A stretch of DNA of 64,000 nt, from assembly GCA_963677595.1 (NCBI GenBank), contig OY782041.1, positions 2,304,001-2,368,000 on the forward strand. Reading direction: 5' to 3'. Of this stretch, positions 50,838 through 60,288 are shown piece after piece. The first letter of the stretch is position 1, and each line of letters opens with the position of its first letter. A program made the position numbers and the translations under genes. A model generated the notes under the pieces. The model was not told where the DNA came from, made no database searches, and was given only the letters and a program-made list of their open reading frames with translations. This DNA is from Spirochaetia bacterium (GTDB lineage: Bacteria; Spirochaetota; Spirochaetia; CAKZLE01).

Positions 50838-51998
50838 ATGATTGCCCGCAAGATCACTGCCGAACTAAAGATCCTTCTCACTGAATACCCTGTCGTGACT
50901 ATCATCGGCCCGCGGCAGGCTGGCAAGACGACCCTGGCAAGGAGCCTTGACGGCTACGGCTATTCTAACCTCGAGCTTCCCGAGAACAGGGAGCTGGCAG
51001 AGAATGACCCGAAAGCCTACATTGGACGCTTGCCCGAAAAGGTCATCATCGACGAGATCCAGCGTGTCCCTCAGCTCTTGAGCTATATCCAGGTCATCGT
51101 GGATGAGCGGAAACTGAAGGGCCAGTTCATCCTGACCGGATCCTACCAGCTGAAGCTGCGGGAGTCAGTCTCCCAGTCGCTTGCCGGCAGGAGTGCGATC
51201 CTGCATCTGTACCCCCTATCGATAGCAGAGATGGAAGATGCCGGGATCAGGTTCGACCATTTCACCGAATACTGCTTCTCAGGCTTCCTCCCCTCCATAC
51301 ATGCCCAGGGACTGCGTCCCGGGGTCGCCTATTCCCATTATTACCAGACGTACGTTGAGCGGGATGTTCGCCAACTGATACACCTGAAAGATGCATCGGA
51401 CTTCGAACGGTTCTTACGACTCCTTGCCGGTCGAACCGGCCAGATCATGGATTATGCCTCACTAGCTGGTGATGTAGGTGTGAGTTCCCACACCATAAAG
51501 AGCTGGCTATCGATCCTGGAGGCGTCCTTCATCATCTATCGGCTTATGCCCTACTATAACAACTTCGGGAAACGGGTCATCAAGTCCCCGAAATATTACT
51601 TCACGGATGTGGGACTGCTCTGCTTCCTGCTCGGGATACGGGATCCTTCTCAAGTCGGGCGGGATCCCCTGGTCGGCAGTATCTTCGAGAACCTGATCGT
51701 AGCTGAGAGCCTGAAAGCACGATCGAATGCCGGGCAGCCGGCAGATCTCTATTTCTTCCGGGACAGCAACGGGAATGAGGTTGATATCATCCTGGCAGAG
51801 GGGCGCACGCTCACTGCCGTGGAGGTCAAGTCAGCAGTTACGTTCTCATTCTCGCTGCTGAAAGGACTGAGGAGCTTCAGGAAACTGACAGAACAGGAGG
51901 ATTCATACCTGCTCTATAATGGCGATCCCCTAGACTTGAGTGAAGGCATACACCTCTTGGGCTTCAGGACGGTAGATACGGTATTCGATAGAGGTTAA
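50838..51998 (+). CDS. AAA_14 ATPase with DUF4143 (PD-(D/E)XK-like) C-terminus, paralog 1
   Basis: GPRQAGKT, IDEIQ, LTGS, SLAGR, KSPKYYF.DVG, EVD...VEVK. Confidence 0.92.
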   Translation: MIARKITAELKILLTEYPVVTIIGPRQAGKTTLARSLDGYGYSNLELPENRELAENDPKAYIGRLPEKVIIDEIQRVPQLLSYIQVIVDERKLKGQFILTGSYQLKLRESVSQSLAGRSAILHLYPLSIAEMEDAGIRFDHFTEYCFSGFLPSIHAQGLRPGVAYSHYYQTYVERDVRQLIHLKDASDFERFLRLLAGRTGQIMDYASLAGDVGVSSHTIKSWLSILEASFIIYRLMPYYNNFGKRVIKSPKYYFTDVGLLCFLLGIRDPSQVGRDPLVGSIFENLIVAESLKARSNAGQPADLYFFRDSNGNEVDIILAEGRTLTAVEVKSAVTFSFSLLKGLRSFRKLTEQEDSYLLYNGDPLDLSEGIHLLGFRTVDTVFDRG

Positions 51999-52006
51999 AC
52001 ACCTGT

Positions 52007-52735
52007 CTAACGGGCCGTGACGATCATCGGGATGCTGTCCTCGGTAAGGGGGGAGCGGTCGAACCCGCCAAACCAGGTACATGCTGAAAAACCTGATTCT
52101 GAAAGCAGATCTTCCAATTCAGCCCTACGCAGCGGGTAGAGCTCTACCTGCTGGGTAGAAGCTCTTCTGCTCTCCAGTTCTGTCAATATAGTCGAGAACT
52201 CGATCTGGTGAGTACCCTCGAGGTACCGGTAGTGCCGCTCGAAGCTGATCCCGTCCCGTTTGATGGTGGGAAGTGACGTGACTGCCCTGTCAAGGACCCG
52301 GTCATAGTTGATGACCTGGATGTGGAGGGGGGCACCTTCCCTGAGCAGGGACCTCACCGATCGCAGGACTGTCAGCATCTGCTCCGTGCCGGGAAGGTGG
52401 ACCATGGTGTTCCCGAAGCAGCAGACCGAGTCGAGACTGTCGGGAGGGAAGACTTCCGCAACCTTGAGCATGTCGAGCGGCAGTATCCTGGCAGTACTCC
52501 CCCGTCCTGCGGCTTTCTCCCTGGCGAGAGCGATCATGCTCTCATCGATATCGATGCCGGTAACCGCCCCGCAATCTTCAGCCAGCTCTAGGGTCAATGA
52601 CCCCGTCGCACAGCCTATCTCCAGTACTGCAGAAGAGGCAGGATCCTCAAGCCCCGCAAGCACGAATGCCTTCTGTGCGGGGGAGAAGGGGAAGATGGAG
52701 TCATAGCGATACGCTATTGATTGATAGAAATCCAT
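52007..52735 (-). CDS. Class I SAM-dependent methyltransferase
   Basis: VLEIGCATG, GIDID, CFGNTMVHL; RBS aaggag before ATG 52735. Confidence 0.9.
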   Translation of the reverse strand: MDFYQSIAYRYDSIFPFSPAQKAFVLAGLEDPASSAVLEIGCATGSLTLELAEDCGAVTGIDIDESMIALAREKAAGRGSTARILPLDMLKVAEVFPPDSLDSVCCFGNTMVHLPGTEQMLTVLRSVRSLLREGAPLHIQVINYDRVLDRAVTSLPTIKRDGISFERHYRYLEGTHQIEFSTILTELESRRASTQQVELYPLRRAELEDLLSESGFSACTWFGGFDRSPLTEDSIPMIVTAR

Positions 52736-53216
52736 GACAGCTCCTTGTACCTGATACGTGATCGATAACATCTTTGAGTGTAGAGAGCAGCTGGATGCTT
52801 GTCAACTGTGAAGAATCTGTACGGTCTCCTCTATTTCGATGCTGGTGACCGACTCCGAATCTACAACCTCTCTAGGTTCAATGACCCCGTTTAACACCAG
52901 ATCTCAGGCACAAACTGCTTCTAGGTTGGGGAGTAGGAGAAGATCGAGTCCTATCGGTGAGCGATCGACTGATAGGATCTCATGGTGGCGTTTGACATGT
53001 GGAATTCGGTGAAGGGTTATCAATGTTTGAATGGGATCATATCTGAGTAAAATGATTTGCTTTCTGCCGGTTCCGCCTGATATAATGGGTGAATATACCA
53101 GGTGGGGCTGGTCTTTCCTCTCTGTGTTCTCCGAATGGTCGACTGTGCTGCGATCCTGCTGGCACTGCGTCATGTCCTGTCCTGGTAATTGGTATTGTGA
53201 TCAATGGGGGGAGGCA

Positions 53217-54905
53217 ATGGGAATCAGAAATAAGAAGGACAGTACGCTGTTTACCGCATTTCATGTGCTGCTCCTGCTGGCTGTTGCTGTCGTCCTGATC
53301 ATTTCCCTGAAGTTCGATGCGGGATTGCAGATCGCGCCGCTGTATGAGGGGGGGGAGGTAACACTTGACTCTTCCTGGACCCTGTACGAAGGGGATCTCC
53401 TCATAGATGAGAATATATCTCTGCCCTATAAGATCAGTGGTTCGGTACGCGGCAGGACCTTCTCAGTCTCTCGAACGCTCCCTCAGAGCTTGCCGAACGG
53501 CAATACCAGCTTCTCGGTAGAGACCAACCTGTCCACCCTGAAGATCCTGCTGGACGGCAGGGCCATCTACTCCTTCTCCGGGGATTCGACCCCTTGGGGC
53601 AAGCCGGTACTCGGTGGCGGGTTCGTCCATTTTGTTCGGCTCCCTGAAGGTGCGGCGGGGCAGGAGATTTCGATGGTCATGCAAAGCTACTCAAGCAGCC
53701 CGTTCGCTGGAAGCATCCAGGCCCCTGTCCTGGGAACCCGATCTGACCAGTTGCTCTACCAGCTTCGGGAACTTCCATCTCTCGCTTTCGGTTTTCTCTT
53801 CCTCTTTACCGGCATCGTCTGTGTTCTTACCTCCCTTGCGCTTAAGCGGGGGAAGGAGCGGAACAGTGTATGGCATTTCGGCTGGCTCGAGATTGCTTTG
53901 GGGTTGTGGGTATCGACGCAGAGCTGCACGAGACTGATCATCATAAGGAACCCAGTGCTGCCGTTGAATTTCAGTTATATCGCCCTGTTCATGCTCCCAT
54001 TCATCCTTGTCAGGTATGTCCGTTCTTCCTACACGGTGATCAACCGACTTCTCAGGCCGTTCATCGTCGTATCAGACCTGTTCCTCCTTGCCTACGCGGG
54101 AGGCGGAATTGCCCAGTACCTGGGGCTCTTCGGCTTCTCTGATATGCTGCTGTATGGCGGGATGGGGCTGGTCCTGTTCCTCATCATGCTCTTTGTTGTG
54201 CTGCTCGTCGATTTTATTCGTGGGAACAGGGAGTTGCTTTCGTTCCTTCTTGCTATCGGGGTGTTGTTCCTGACCGTCCTTGCAGAAGAGAGCCTGCTGC
54301 TGATGTCCATCGTGCTTGAGAATGCCGATATCCTCCATGGGGGCATGAGTCTGTGCGGAGTGATCCTTCTCACCCACAGCGCCAGGGTGGTCGCAAAGGG
54401 GCGAAAAACCGATATCAGGGAGAAGATGCTCCTTGATCTTGCTTTTACCGACTCCCTCACCGGGATGAGCAATCGTACCGCGTATGAGCAACGTATTGAG
54501 GAACTCGCTGCAGCAAACGGGTTTACAGCGGTCACCGGTGTGCTCATGATCGATGTGAATGACCTTAAGCAGATCAATGATTCCCTCGGCCATGCGATGG
54601 GGGACAAGGTGCTGCAGGCTGCAGCCATAAAGATCACCGAGCTGGTCCCGGAAGAGAGCACGGTGTACCGGATCGGGGGCGATGAGTTCATGGTGTTCAT
54701 TCCGTCCGTCACCAATGAGCAGCTTTCTCTTCTTGGCAGTCTCATCGAGTCTCAGTCCCCGGCAGTCGATGGGTACCGGTACTCCATGGCATGCGGTATG
54801 TCGCTGTATCGGCGCGAAAGGGTTAAGCCAATCACAGACGTGATAGCAGAGGCTGACACAGCCATGTACTCTTGCAAAGCAAGGATGAAGCAATCAAGAG
54901 CCTGA
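53217..54905 (+). CDS. Multi-TM diguanylate cyclase with an extracytoplasmic beta-sandwich sensor
   Basis: About 8 TM segments, DSLTG, DVNDLK.IND..GH, YRIGGDEF; RBS ggagg before ATG 53217. Confidence 0.9.
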   Translation: MGIRNKKDSTLFTAFHVLLLLAVAVVLIISLKFDAGLQIAPLYEGGEVTLDSSWTLYEGDLLIDENISLPYKISGSVRGRTFSVSRTLPQSLPNGNTSFSVETNLSTLKILLDGRAIYSFSGDSTPWGKPVLGGGFVHFVRLPEGAAGQEISMVMQSYSSSPFAGSIQAPVLGTRSDQLLYQLRELPSLAFGFLFLFTGIVCVLTSLALKRGKERNSVWHFGWLEIALGLWVSTQSCTRLIIIRNPVLPLNFSYIALFMLPFILVRYVRSSYTVINRLLRPFIVVSDLFLLAYAGGGIAQYLGLFGFSDMLLYGGMGLVLFLIMLFVVLLVDFIRGNRELLSFLLAIGVLFLTVLAEESLLLMSIVLENADILHGGMSLCGVILLTHSARVVAKGRKTDIREKMLLDLAFTDSLTGMSNRTAYEQRIEELAAANGFTAVTGVLMIDVNDLKQINDSLGHAMGDKVLQAAAIKITELVPEESTVYRIGGDEFMVFIPSVTNEQLSLLGSLIESQSPAVDGYRYSMACGMSLYRRERVKPITDVIAEADTAMYSCKARMKQSRA

Positions 54906-54928
54906 CAAGGGATATGATGGATACGGTT

Positions 54929-55071
54929 GGTTAAAATTAAAGAATCTGTACGGTTGAAATTAAAGAATATGTACGGTTGAAATTGAAGAATATGTACGGT
55001 TGAAATTGAAGAATATGTACGGTTGAAATTGAAGAATATGTACGGTTGAAATTGAAGAATATGTACGGTTG
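54929..55071 (+). repeat. 23-bp tandem repeat, five full copies plus two partial
   Basis: Unit (g/a)aagaat(a/c)tgtacggttgaaatt starts at 54939, 54962, 54985, 55008, 55031 and partially at 55054; no spacers. Confidence 0.97.
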
Positions 55072-55080
55072 TGGTATATT
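55052..55080 (+). promoter_or_regulatory. Promoter formed by the last repeat units
   Basis: TTGAAG (55052-55057)-17 bp-TATATT (55075-55080) with a TGn extension. Confidence 0.55.
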
Positions 55081-55098
55081 GAAGAGGAAGGACCGGCT

Positions 55099-56376
55099 AT
55101 GAATGAGAAAGAATATATCCCTCGAGTACTAGATGCCCAGGTGCAGCGATACCTCGATGTGTTCGGGGCAATCTGTATTGAAGGCCCCAAATGGTGCGGT
55201 AAGACCATGACCTCCCAGCATCATAGTGAGAGCAGCTTCTTTGTGGGAGACCCGGCAAGGGCGTTCAATAACCGGACCATGGCTATGATGGATCCTGCCG
55301 TGGTCCTTAACGGGGCTGTTCCCCGTATGCTGGATGAATGGCAGGAAGTACCCTCCCTGTGGGATGCTGTTCGTTATGCCGTTGATGAACGGGGAGGCCC
55401 GGGGCAATTCATTCTGACTGGTTCCTCGACTCCAGTCCAGAAGGGAATCCTCCACAGCGGGGCAGGAAGGATTGCGCGGATCCGTATGAGACCGATGTCC
55501 CTGTTCGAATCCGGGGATTCGACCGGACAGGTCTCACTGGGTGCTCTGTTCAGACAGGAATCGGTCTCTGCAATCACTGGTGAAGTATCCCTGGAAAGAT
55601 TGATCCAATACATAATCAGGGGAGGGTGGCCACAGACCATAAGGGCAGACTTCAGTCTTGCCCGCTTGACCCCAAAGGAGTATATCAGGGCGATTCTTGC
55701 TGATGATCTTTCACGGTTGGATGGGGTAAGAAGGGATATGCAAAAAGTTAGCCTGCTGCTCAGGTCTCTGGCCAGGAACGAGAGTACTACTGTCTCGAAT
55801 AGAACACTGGTAAAGGATATCAAGGACCATGGAGATGGGAGCCTGCATATCGGGACCGTAGCCGAGTATCTCAGCCTGTTCGATAGATTGTTCCTGACAG
55901 ATAACCAGAAGCCATTCAGTCCCAATGTTCGTTCTACCGTACGGATCAGACAGGCTGAGAAACGACATCTGGCCGATCCGTCTCTTGCATGTGCCGTATT
56001 GGGGATCACCCAGGGGGCACTCCTGCAGGACCTGAGGACTCTGGGCTTCCTGTTTGAAGCATTGTGTGAGCGAGATCTTGCTGTCTATGCCCAAGCTCAT
56101 GGGTCTGAGCTATACCATTACCAGGATTATGCAGGGAGAGAGATCGATGCGGTGATCGAACTTCAGGATGGCAACTGGGGAGCCTTTGAGATAAAGCTTG
56201 GTGCAAACCAGATCGATGAGGCTGCCAAGAACCTGATATCCCTGTATCGGTCATTCGCAGAGGCTCCTGTGGGGCGACCGCCTCAGTTCTTGTGTGTGAT
56301 CTGCGGGTTATCGAATGCTGCCTACAGGAGACCTGACGGGGTATATGTTGTCCCGATCACTGCGCTGAAGGATTAA
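55099..56376 (+). CDS. AAA_14 ATPase with DUF4143 C-terminus, paralog 2
   Basis: EGPKWCGKT, LDEWQ, FILTGS, HSGAGRI, KRHLADPSLA, EIDAV...FEIKLG. Confidence 0.92.
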   Translation: MNEKEYIPRVLDAQVQRYLDVFGAICIEGPKWCGKTMTSQHHSESSFFVGDPARAFNNRTMAMMDPAVVLNGAVPRMLDEWQEVPSLWDAVRYAVDERGGPGQFILTGSSTPVQKGILHSGAGRIARIRMRPMSLFESGDSTGQVSLGALFRQESVSAITGEVSLERLIQYIIRGGWPQTIRADFSLARLTPKEYIRAILADDLSRLDGVRRDMQKVSLLLRSLARNESTTVSNRTLVKDIKDHGDGSLHIGTVAEYLSLFDRLFLTDNQKPFSPNVRSTVRIRQAEKRHLADPSLACAVLGITQGALLQDLRTLGFLFEALCERDLAVYAQAHGSELYHYQDYAGREIDAVIELQDGNWGAFEIKLGANQIDEAAKNLISLYRSFAEAPVGRPPQFLCVICGLSNAAYRRPDGVYVVPITALKD

Positions 56377-56389
56377 GGCCGTATAGACA

Positions 56390-56428
56390 AAGAAGCTGAC
56401 CTGTGGTGTACAAGTCAGCTTCTTCTTA
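56390..56428. terminator. Bidirectional terminator
   Basis: aagaagctgac (56390-56400) / gtcagcttctt (56414-56424) between convergent genes. Confidence 0.65.
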
Positions 56429-56476
56429 GCATAAGAACGGTATCTTCATCCGGTATTCACCGGCTGAGGATGATGA

Positions 56477-57220
56477 TTACTTTCTCGGTACTGCGGTGAG
56501 TACACCAGCGATCTTGAGCATGTCGCCGTCCAGGGTGACCTGGAGGTCGCCGTCCCAGTAGTACAGGGAGTCAGCGTCTGCACTGATTGACTGTACATCT
56601 GATGCCCATACCTTGGCGTAGTCTACGCCTGCTGCGGTGCCGTCAGCACTGAACTGGCTCTCGATCTCGCTCGTTGAACCGATCTTCCTGCTGCTGGTGG
56701 TGGTCTCAGGCAGTGAGAGGACACCCTTTGAGTCAGTCACGAACTTGTAAGCTGATCCTCGGTGGCAGTACTGGATGGTGATGGTCCCGTCAGCAGCCTT
56801 GTCAGCGATGAGGTTGTCACCCAGCGTCTGTGATCCGGGGTTGTTACCGAAGAGCAGCAGTCCTCGAAGGGCTGAAGTCATGGTTGCCTTAGCCTCGATA
56901 TCATAGAGGGCCATCATGAACAGGTGGGTTGACCCGGCAGCGGAAGCACCGGAGACTGCATCGTACTTGTCCTCTGCAGCCATGTATCGGACGTTGGTCT
57001 TCCAGTTGAAGTAGTTGTCCGTGTCAGAACCTGCCAGGTTGACCTGGTAGTCGATGGTGAGGTCCTCAGACCCATCTGAGACCGGTGCTGCAGGTGCAGC
57101 TGCTGCCGGTGCGGCTGCGGGAGCAGCTGCCGCGGGAGCTTCTTCTTTCTTTGCCGAGCATGAGACCATGCCGAACGCGATGATCGTTACGATCACACAT
57201 AACACTAACACTCTTTTCAT
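56477..57220 (-). CDS. Lipoprotein with an Ala/Pro linker
   Basis: Signal peptide ending MVSC, then APAAAAPAAAPAAAAPAAP; strong RBS. Confidence 0.8.
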   Translation of the reverse strand: MKRVLVLCVIVTIIAFGMVSCSAKKEEAPAAAAPAAAPAAAAPAAPVSDGSEDLTIDYQVNLAGSDTDNYFNWKTNVRYMAAEDKYDAVSGASAAGSTHLFMMALYDIEAKATMTSALRGLLLFGNNPGSQTLGDNLIADKAADGTITIQYCHRGSAYKFVTDSKGVLSLPETTTSSRKIGSTSEIESQFSADGTAAGVDYAKVWASDVQSISADADSLYYWDGDLQVTLDGDMLKIAGVLTAVPRK

Positions 57221-57479
57221 ATCTCTCTCTCCTTATCGTATCCCGATCCTGACCGGGAGTTTGATACTGGTACATGTAGTGGAGTCCATGACTCCGTATT
57301 GTTATTGTTACAGATTTTCTAATAATATTCAAGAAAAAGTTACAAAAATAGTAAGTGTTTTATTAATGTGAATCATTGGTATATTAATTCTTCATATAGC
57401 GCGTTAAACATAGCATGCGACAGCTATAAACCTGGGTTCAGGATAACACAGGAAACCTGACTCAGGGTGACCCTGTCTT

Positions 57480-58412
57480 TCAACTGCACTCATACACCGG
57501 GTCGGCAGCCTCCTTCGTATGCGCGGTCACCTCGAAGGTGCAGTCTGAGTATGCATGGCTGCTTCTGCTGTCCTTACCGAACCGGACGGTATCGCCTGTA
57601 AACTCGATGACCAGGGGGACCGTCACCGTCGTCAGGTCCGAACAGAGACCCGCCTTCTCTGAGGGAGTATACAAGAATCGGTTTCCCGAAGGGTCGGTGA
57701 CCCGTATGGCACTGGTCGTGGTACTCAAGGCCGTTACCCTGCCTGTTTCGTCGAACTTCAGGGAGTTTACGTCCCCCACGATACCCAGGGGGTCATTGTC
57801 ATAGGCGTAGATAGTCCCGATCCGTGTCTCGACCGGTAACGGCCCTGCAGGTTCGACTGACCTCACAGCCCCGTCCTCATAGAAGGAGATCCCCACCCTG
57901 GCCTGAAGCCTGCCAGCAGGGGTAGCAGCCTCGATGGTCTCCCCGGGCCAGAGGGTCAGGCTCCTGATGCTGCCGCCTGGGAAGAACGTGATGCTGATCA
58001 CCCTGGCCTCTACCGGCCCGGAAGGGAGCTGCAGGGCAAGGTCCTCAGCCAGGCTGTATTCATCCTGCTCTCCCCAGTAGCCGCTGAGCTTCCCGTTGAG
58101 GGGGAAGAGCTTCTTCACGGACCCGTCATCATGGAAGATGACCATCTCCGCTGACAGTCTCCCGTATCGTGTCGTTATATAAGAGGCATCCTGCAGCGGC
58201 ACCTTCCTGAGGTTCCCGTTCGTATAGAACGTGACCGGCTTCAGGGCCTGCCTGCCGTGCTCCTCGACGGTGTACTGGGGGATGATGACTCCTGCAGGTG
58301 TATCTATCTCGAAGTGCCCGGTGAATACCACCGATGACGGCTGGCCGGACGGGAAGGTCTCGAGGTTCTGGTAGTCCTCTATGTTCCCATATTTGGTTCT
58401 CAGCATATGCAT
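57480..58412 (-). CDS. Conserved hypothetical protein with repeated beta-hairpin (FY..G...S) motifs
   Basis: Repeats FYTNGNLRKV, FHDDGSVKKL, FFPGGSIRSL, FYEDGAVRSV; RBS ggagg. Confidence 0.75.
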   Translation of the reverse strand: MHMLRTKYGNIEDYQNLETFPSGQPSSVVFTGHFEIDTPAGVIIPQYTVEEHGRQALKPVTFYTNGNLRKVPLQDASYITTRYGRLSAEMVIFHDDGSVKKLFPLNGKLSGYWGEQDEYSLAEDLALQLPSGPVEARVISITFFPGGSIRSLTLWPGETIEAATPAGRLQARVGISFYEDGAVRSVEPAGPLPVETRIGTIYAYDNDPLGIVGDVNSLKFDETGRVTALSTTTSAIRVTDPSGNRFLYTPSEKAGLCSDLTTVTVPLVIEFTGDTVRFGKDSRSSHAYSDCTFEVTAHTKEAADPVYECS

Positions 58413-58607
58413 GTTCCTCCAACACAGGGGATCCTGCTCTCATCAGGTCGTGAAAGCTCCCCGTCGGTATTGATGAACGGCGGGGATCTCCTGCCGCTCC
58501 AACGCACACTGCTTCGGGTGCAGTATAGCCTAATCGGGGGATTAGGGACAGCGCAGCGGCAGGGGTTTGACTGAATATGGTATACTATGGACAGATGAGG
58601 AGCTCAT

Positions 58608-58943
58608 ATGCATGAAGTAGTACAGGTAATACCGCAAGATGACGTTGCTGCGAATATGGTGATCCCTGAAGACTTCAAAGAAGATGTTGATCTCGCCGTC
58701 GGGTATCTGAGAACGTTGGCAGTGGCCGAGATGTACCTTTTTGGGTCTGTGGTGCATGGTACCCAGACAGCAGCATCTGATCTGGATATTGCCGTCCGTG
58801 GCATTGATCCCCTGGATTTCTTCCTGGCGGTTGCTGAGCTCCAAGGCCTGCTTGCGCATGGGATCGATCTCATCAACCTTGATTTCAGGGACGAATTCAC
58901 TGAACAGCTGGAGCTGTCAGGAGAGCTCCAGCGTATCTTTTGA
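58608..58943 (+). CDS. Minimal nucleotidyltransferase (MNT), no adjacent HEPN partner
   Basis: YLFGS..HG....SDLDIAV...IDLI motif. Confidence 0.85.
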   Translation: MHEVVQVIPQDDVAANMVIPEDFKEDVDLAVGYLRTLAVAEMYLFGSVVHGTQTAASDLDIAVRGIDPLDFFLAVAELQGLLAHGIDLINLDFRDEFTEQLELSGELQRIF

Positions 58944-58944
58944 G

Positions 58945-60288
58945 TTACTGGCTTTCCAGGAGGAACCTCCAGGCAGGGACCACTTCTATCCGGTATGCTC
59001 CCCTTTCCAGGCTCTCTTCGGTGTTGGAGGTGATGATAACCGAAGAGTCTATCCCGTATTCTTCCATCGCTTCCCAGAGCGCGGTCGTCTCGCGTTCACG
59101 GGTCTCAGTTTCACCCATCTCATAGCAGACCTGGTAGAGGCTGACAGCCATCCTGTCTTCTACGGTCTCGGTTCGTGATACGGTGATGAAGTCGATCTCT
59201 TTCCCGCTCTTTGTCTTCCCGTAGTAGATCTGGTCGGTTTCGTGACGAAGATGGATGAATACGATGTTCTCGAGGATCTTCCCTTTATCAGGAGTCAGCC
59301 TGTCAGTCACTGACAGGGCCAGCGCATGGTCTGCACAATAGATCTTTTTAGGATTCGTTGCACGCACAGCGGTGTTCATGCTGAATATCTCCACACTGTA
59401 CAGCAGATAGGCATCTTCGAAATATCTTATTACCTGGCCTATCATGGCTATGGACATCTTATACCGTTCTCCCGCCATTCGCTGTTTCAGTTTGGTGAAG
59501 GAAGCAAGCCCTGACATCTGGTTCAGGCACATCTGCATGAGACGCCGTACTTCGCTGGCATGCTTCAGCCCGTACCGCTGGAGGACATCCCGGAAGACAA
59601 CGGCATCTGCGAGATTCTGCAAATACCGGATCCTTGTCTGCTTTTCCTGCATTTGGGCTGCTTCAGGCATCCCGCCAACCTCCATATATTCGGAGAACCA
59701 AGATCTGTAGAAATGGATGTCGGTACTGGAGATCAGCTCCGGTCTGGGAAGTTCCCGTTGATCCTGTTTTAGCGTGATGTATTCAGCAAACGAGAACGGG
59801 AACAGTTCCCATGCAAGACTTCGCCCCCCGTATTCGGTGGAGATCTCCTTGATGAGCAGTTTGGCTGAGGAGCCGGTAATATTGATCTCGCAGTCCAGGG
59901 TTCTCTGAAGACGATTAACGAATAGTTCCCAATGATGGAGATACTGGATCTCATCAAAGAAGAAGTAGATCTTCTCAGCTGTCTTTTCCGGGAACAGATC
60001 AAAATATACTTCCGAGACCAGTCCCGGTTCCATAGTCCTGAATCCGAAAAGACGATCATCCGAGAAATCGATGATACAGAAATTCTCCTTTGCCGTTCCC
60101 TGTGCGAGCAGTTCCTGCATATAGAGGAGCTGGTATATTGATTTCCCGCATCTCCTGATTCCCGTGATGATCGTTGCTTTGCGTGGTATGTGCTCTACCT
60201 GCAGCCTGCGTGGAATATATCCCTGATTGGTTATCGAATCCTGGTTGTCGAGGATTATCATTCGCAGGTTTCTTTCAAGATCGTTCAT
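58945..60288 (-). CDS. AAA_14 ATPase with DUF4143 C-terminus, paralog 3
   Basis: GIRRCGKS, FFDEIQ, ITGSSAKLL, GGMPE, NPKKIY..D, EIDF...YQVC; RBS before ATG 60288. Confidence 0.9.
   Translation of the reverse strand: MNDLERNLRMIILDNQDSITNQGYIPRRLQVEHIPRKATIITGIRRCGKSIYQLLYMQELLAQGTAKENFCIIDFSDDRLFGFRTMEPGLVSEVYFDLFPEKTAEKIYFFFDEIQYLHHWELFVNRLQRTLDCEINITGSSAKLLIKEISTEYGGRSLAWELFPFSFAEYITLKQDQRELPRPELISSTDIHFYRSWFSEYMEVGGMPEAAQMQEKQTRIRYLQNLADAVVFRDVLQRYGLKHASEVRRLMQMCLNQMSGLASFTKLKQRMAGERYKMSIAMIGQVIRYFEDAYLLYSVEIFSMNTAVRATNPKKIYCADHALALSVTDRLTPDKGKILENIVFIHLRHETDQIYYGKTKSGKEIDFITVSRTETVEDRMAVSLYQVCYEMGETETRERETTALWEAMEEYGIDSSVIITSNTEESLERGAYRIEVVPAWRFLLESQ

Noticed and set aside
52904-53173. 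89-aa minus-strand ORF upstream of the GGDEF gene
   Set aside because: No motif, atypical codon usage, and it overlaps the probable promoter region.
54929-55071. CRISPR array interpretation of the 23-bp repeats
   Set aside because: Units are head-to-tail with no unique spacers, and there are no cas genes in the window.
58413-58530. Hairpins in the leader of the 57480-58412 gene as a riboswitch or ANTAR site
   Set aside because: The main stem pairs better on the non-coding strand and no recognisable consensus was found.
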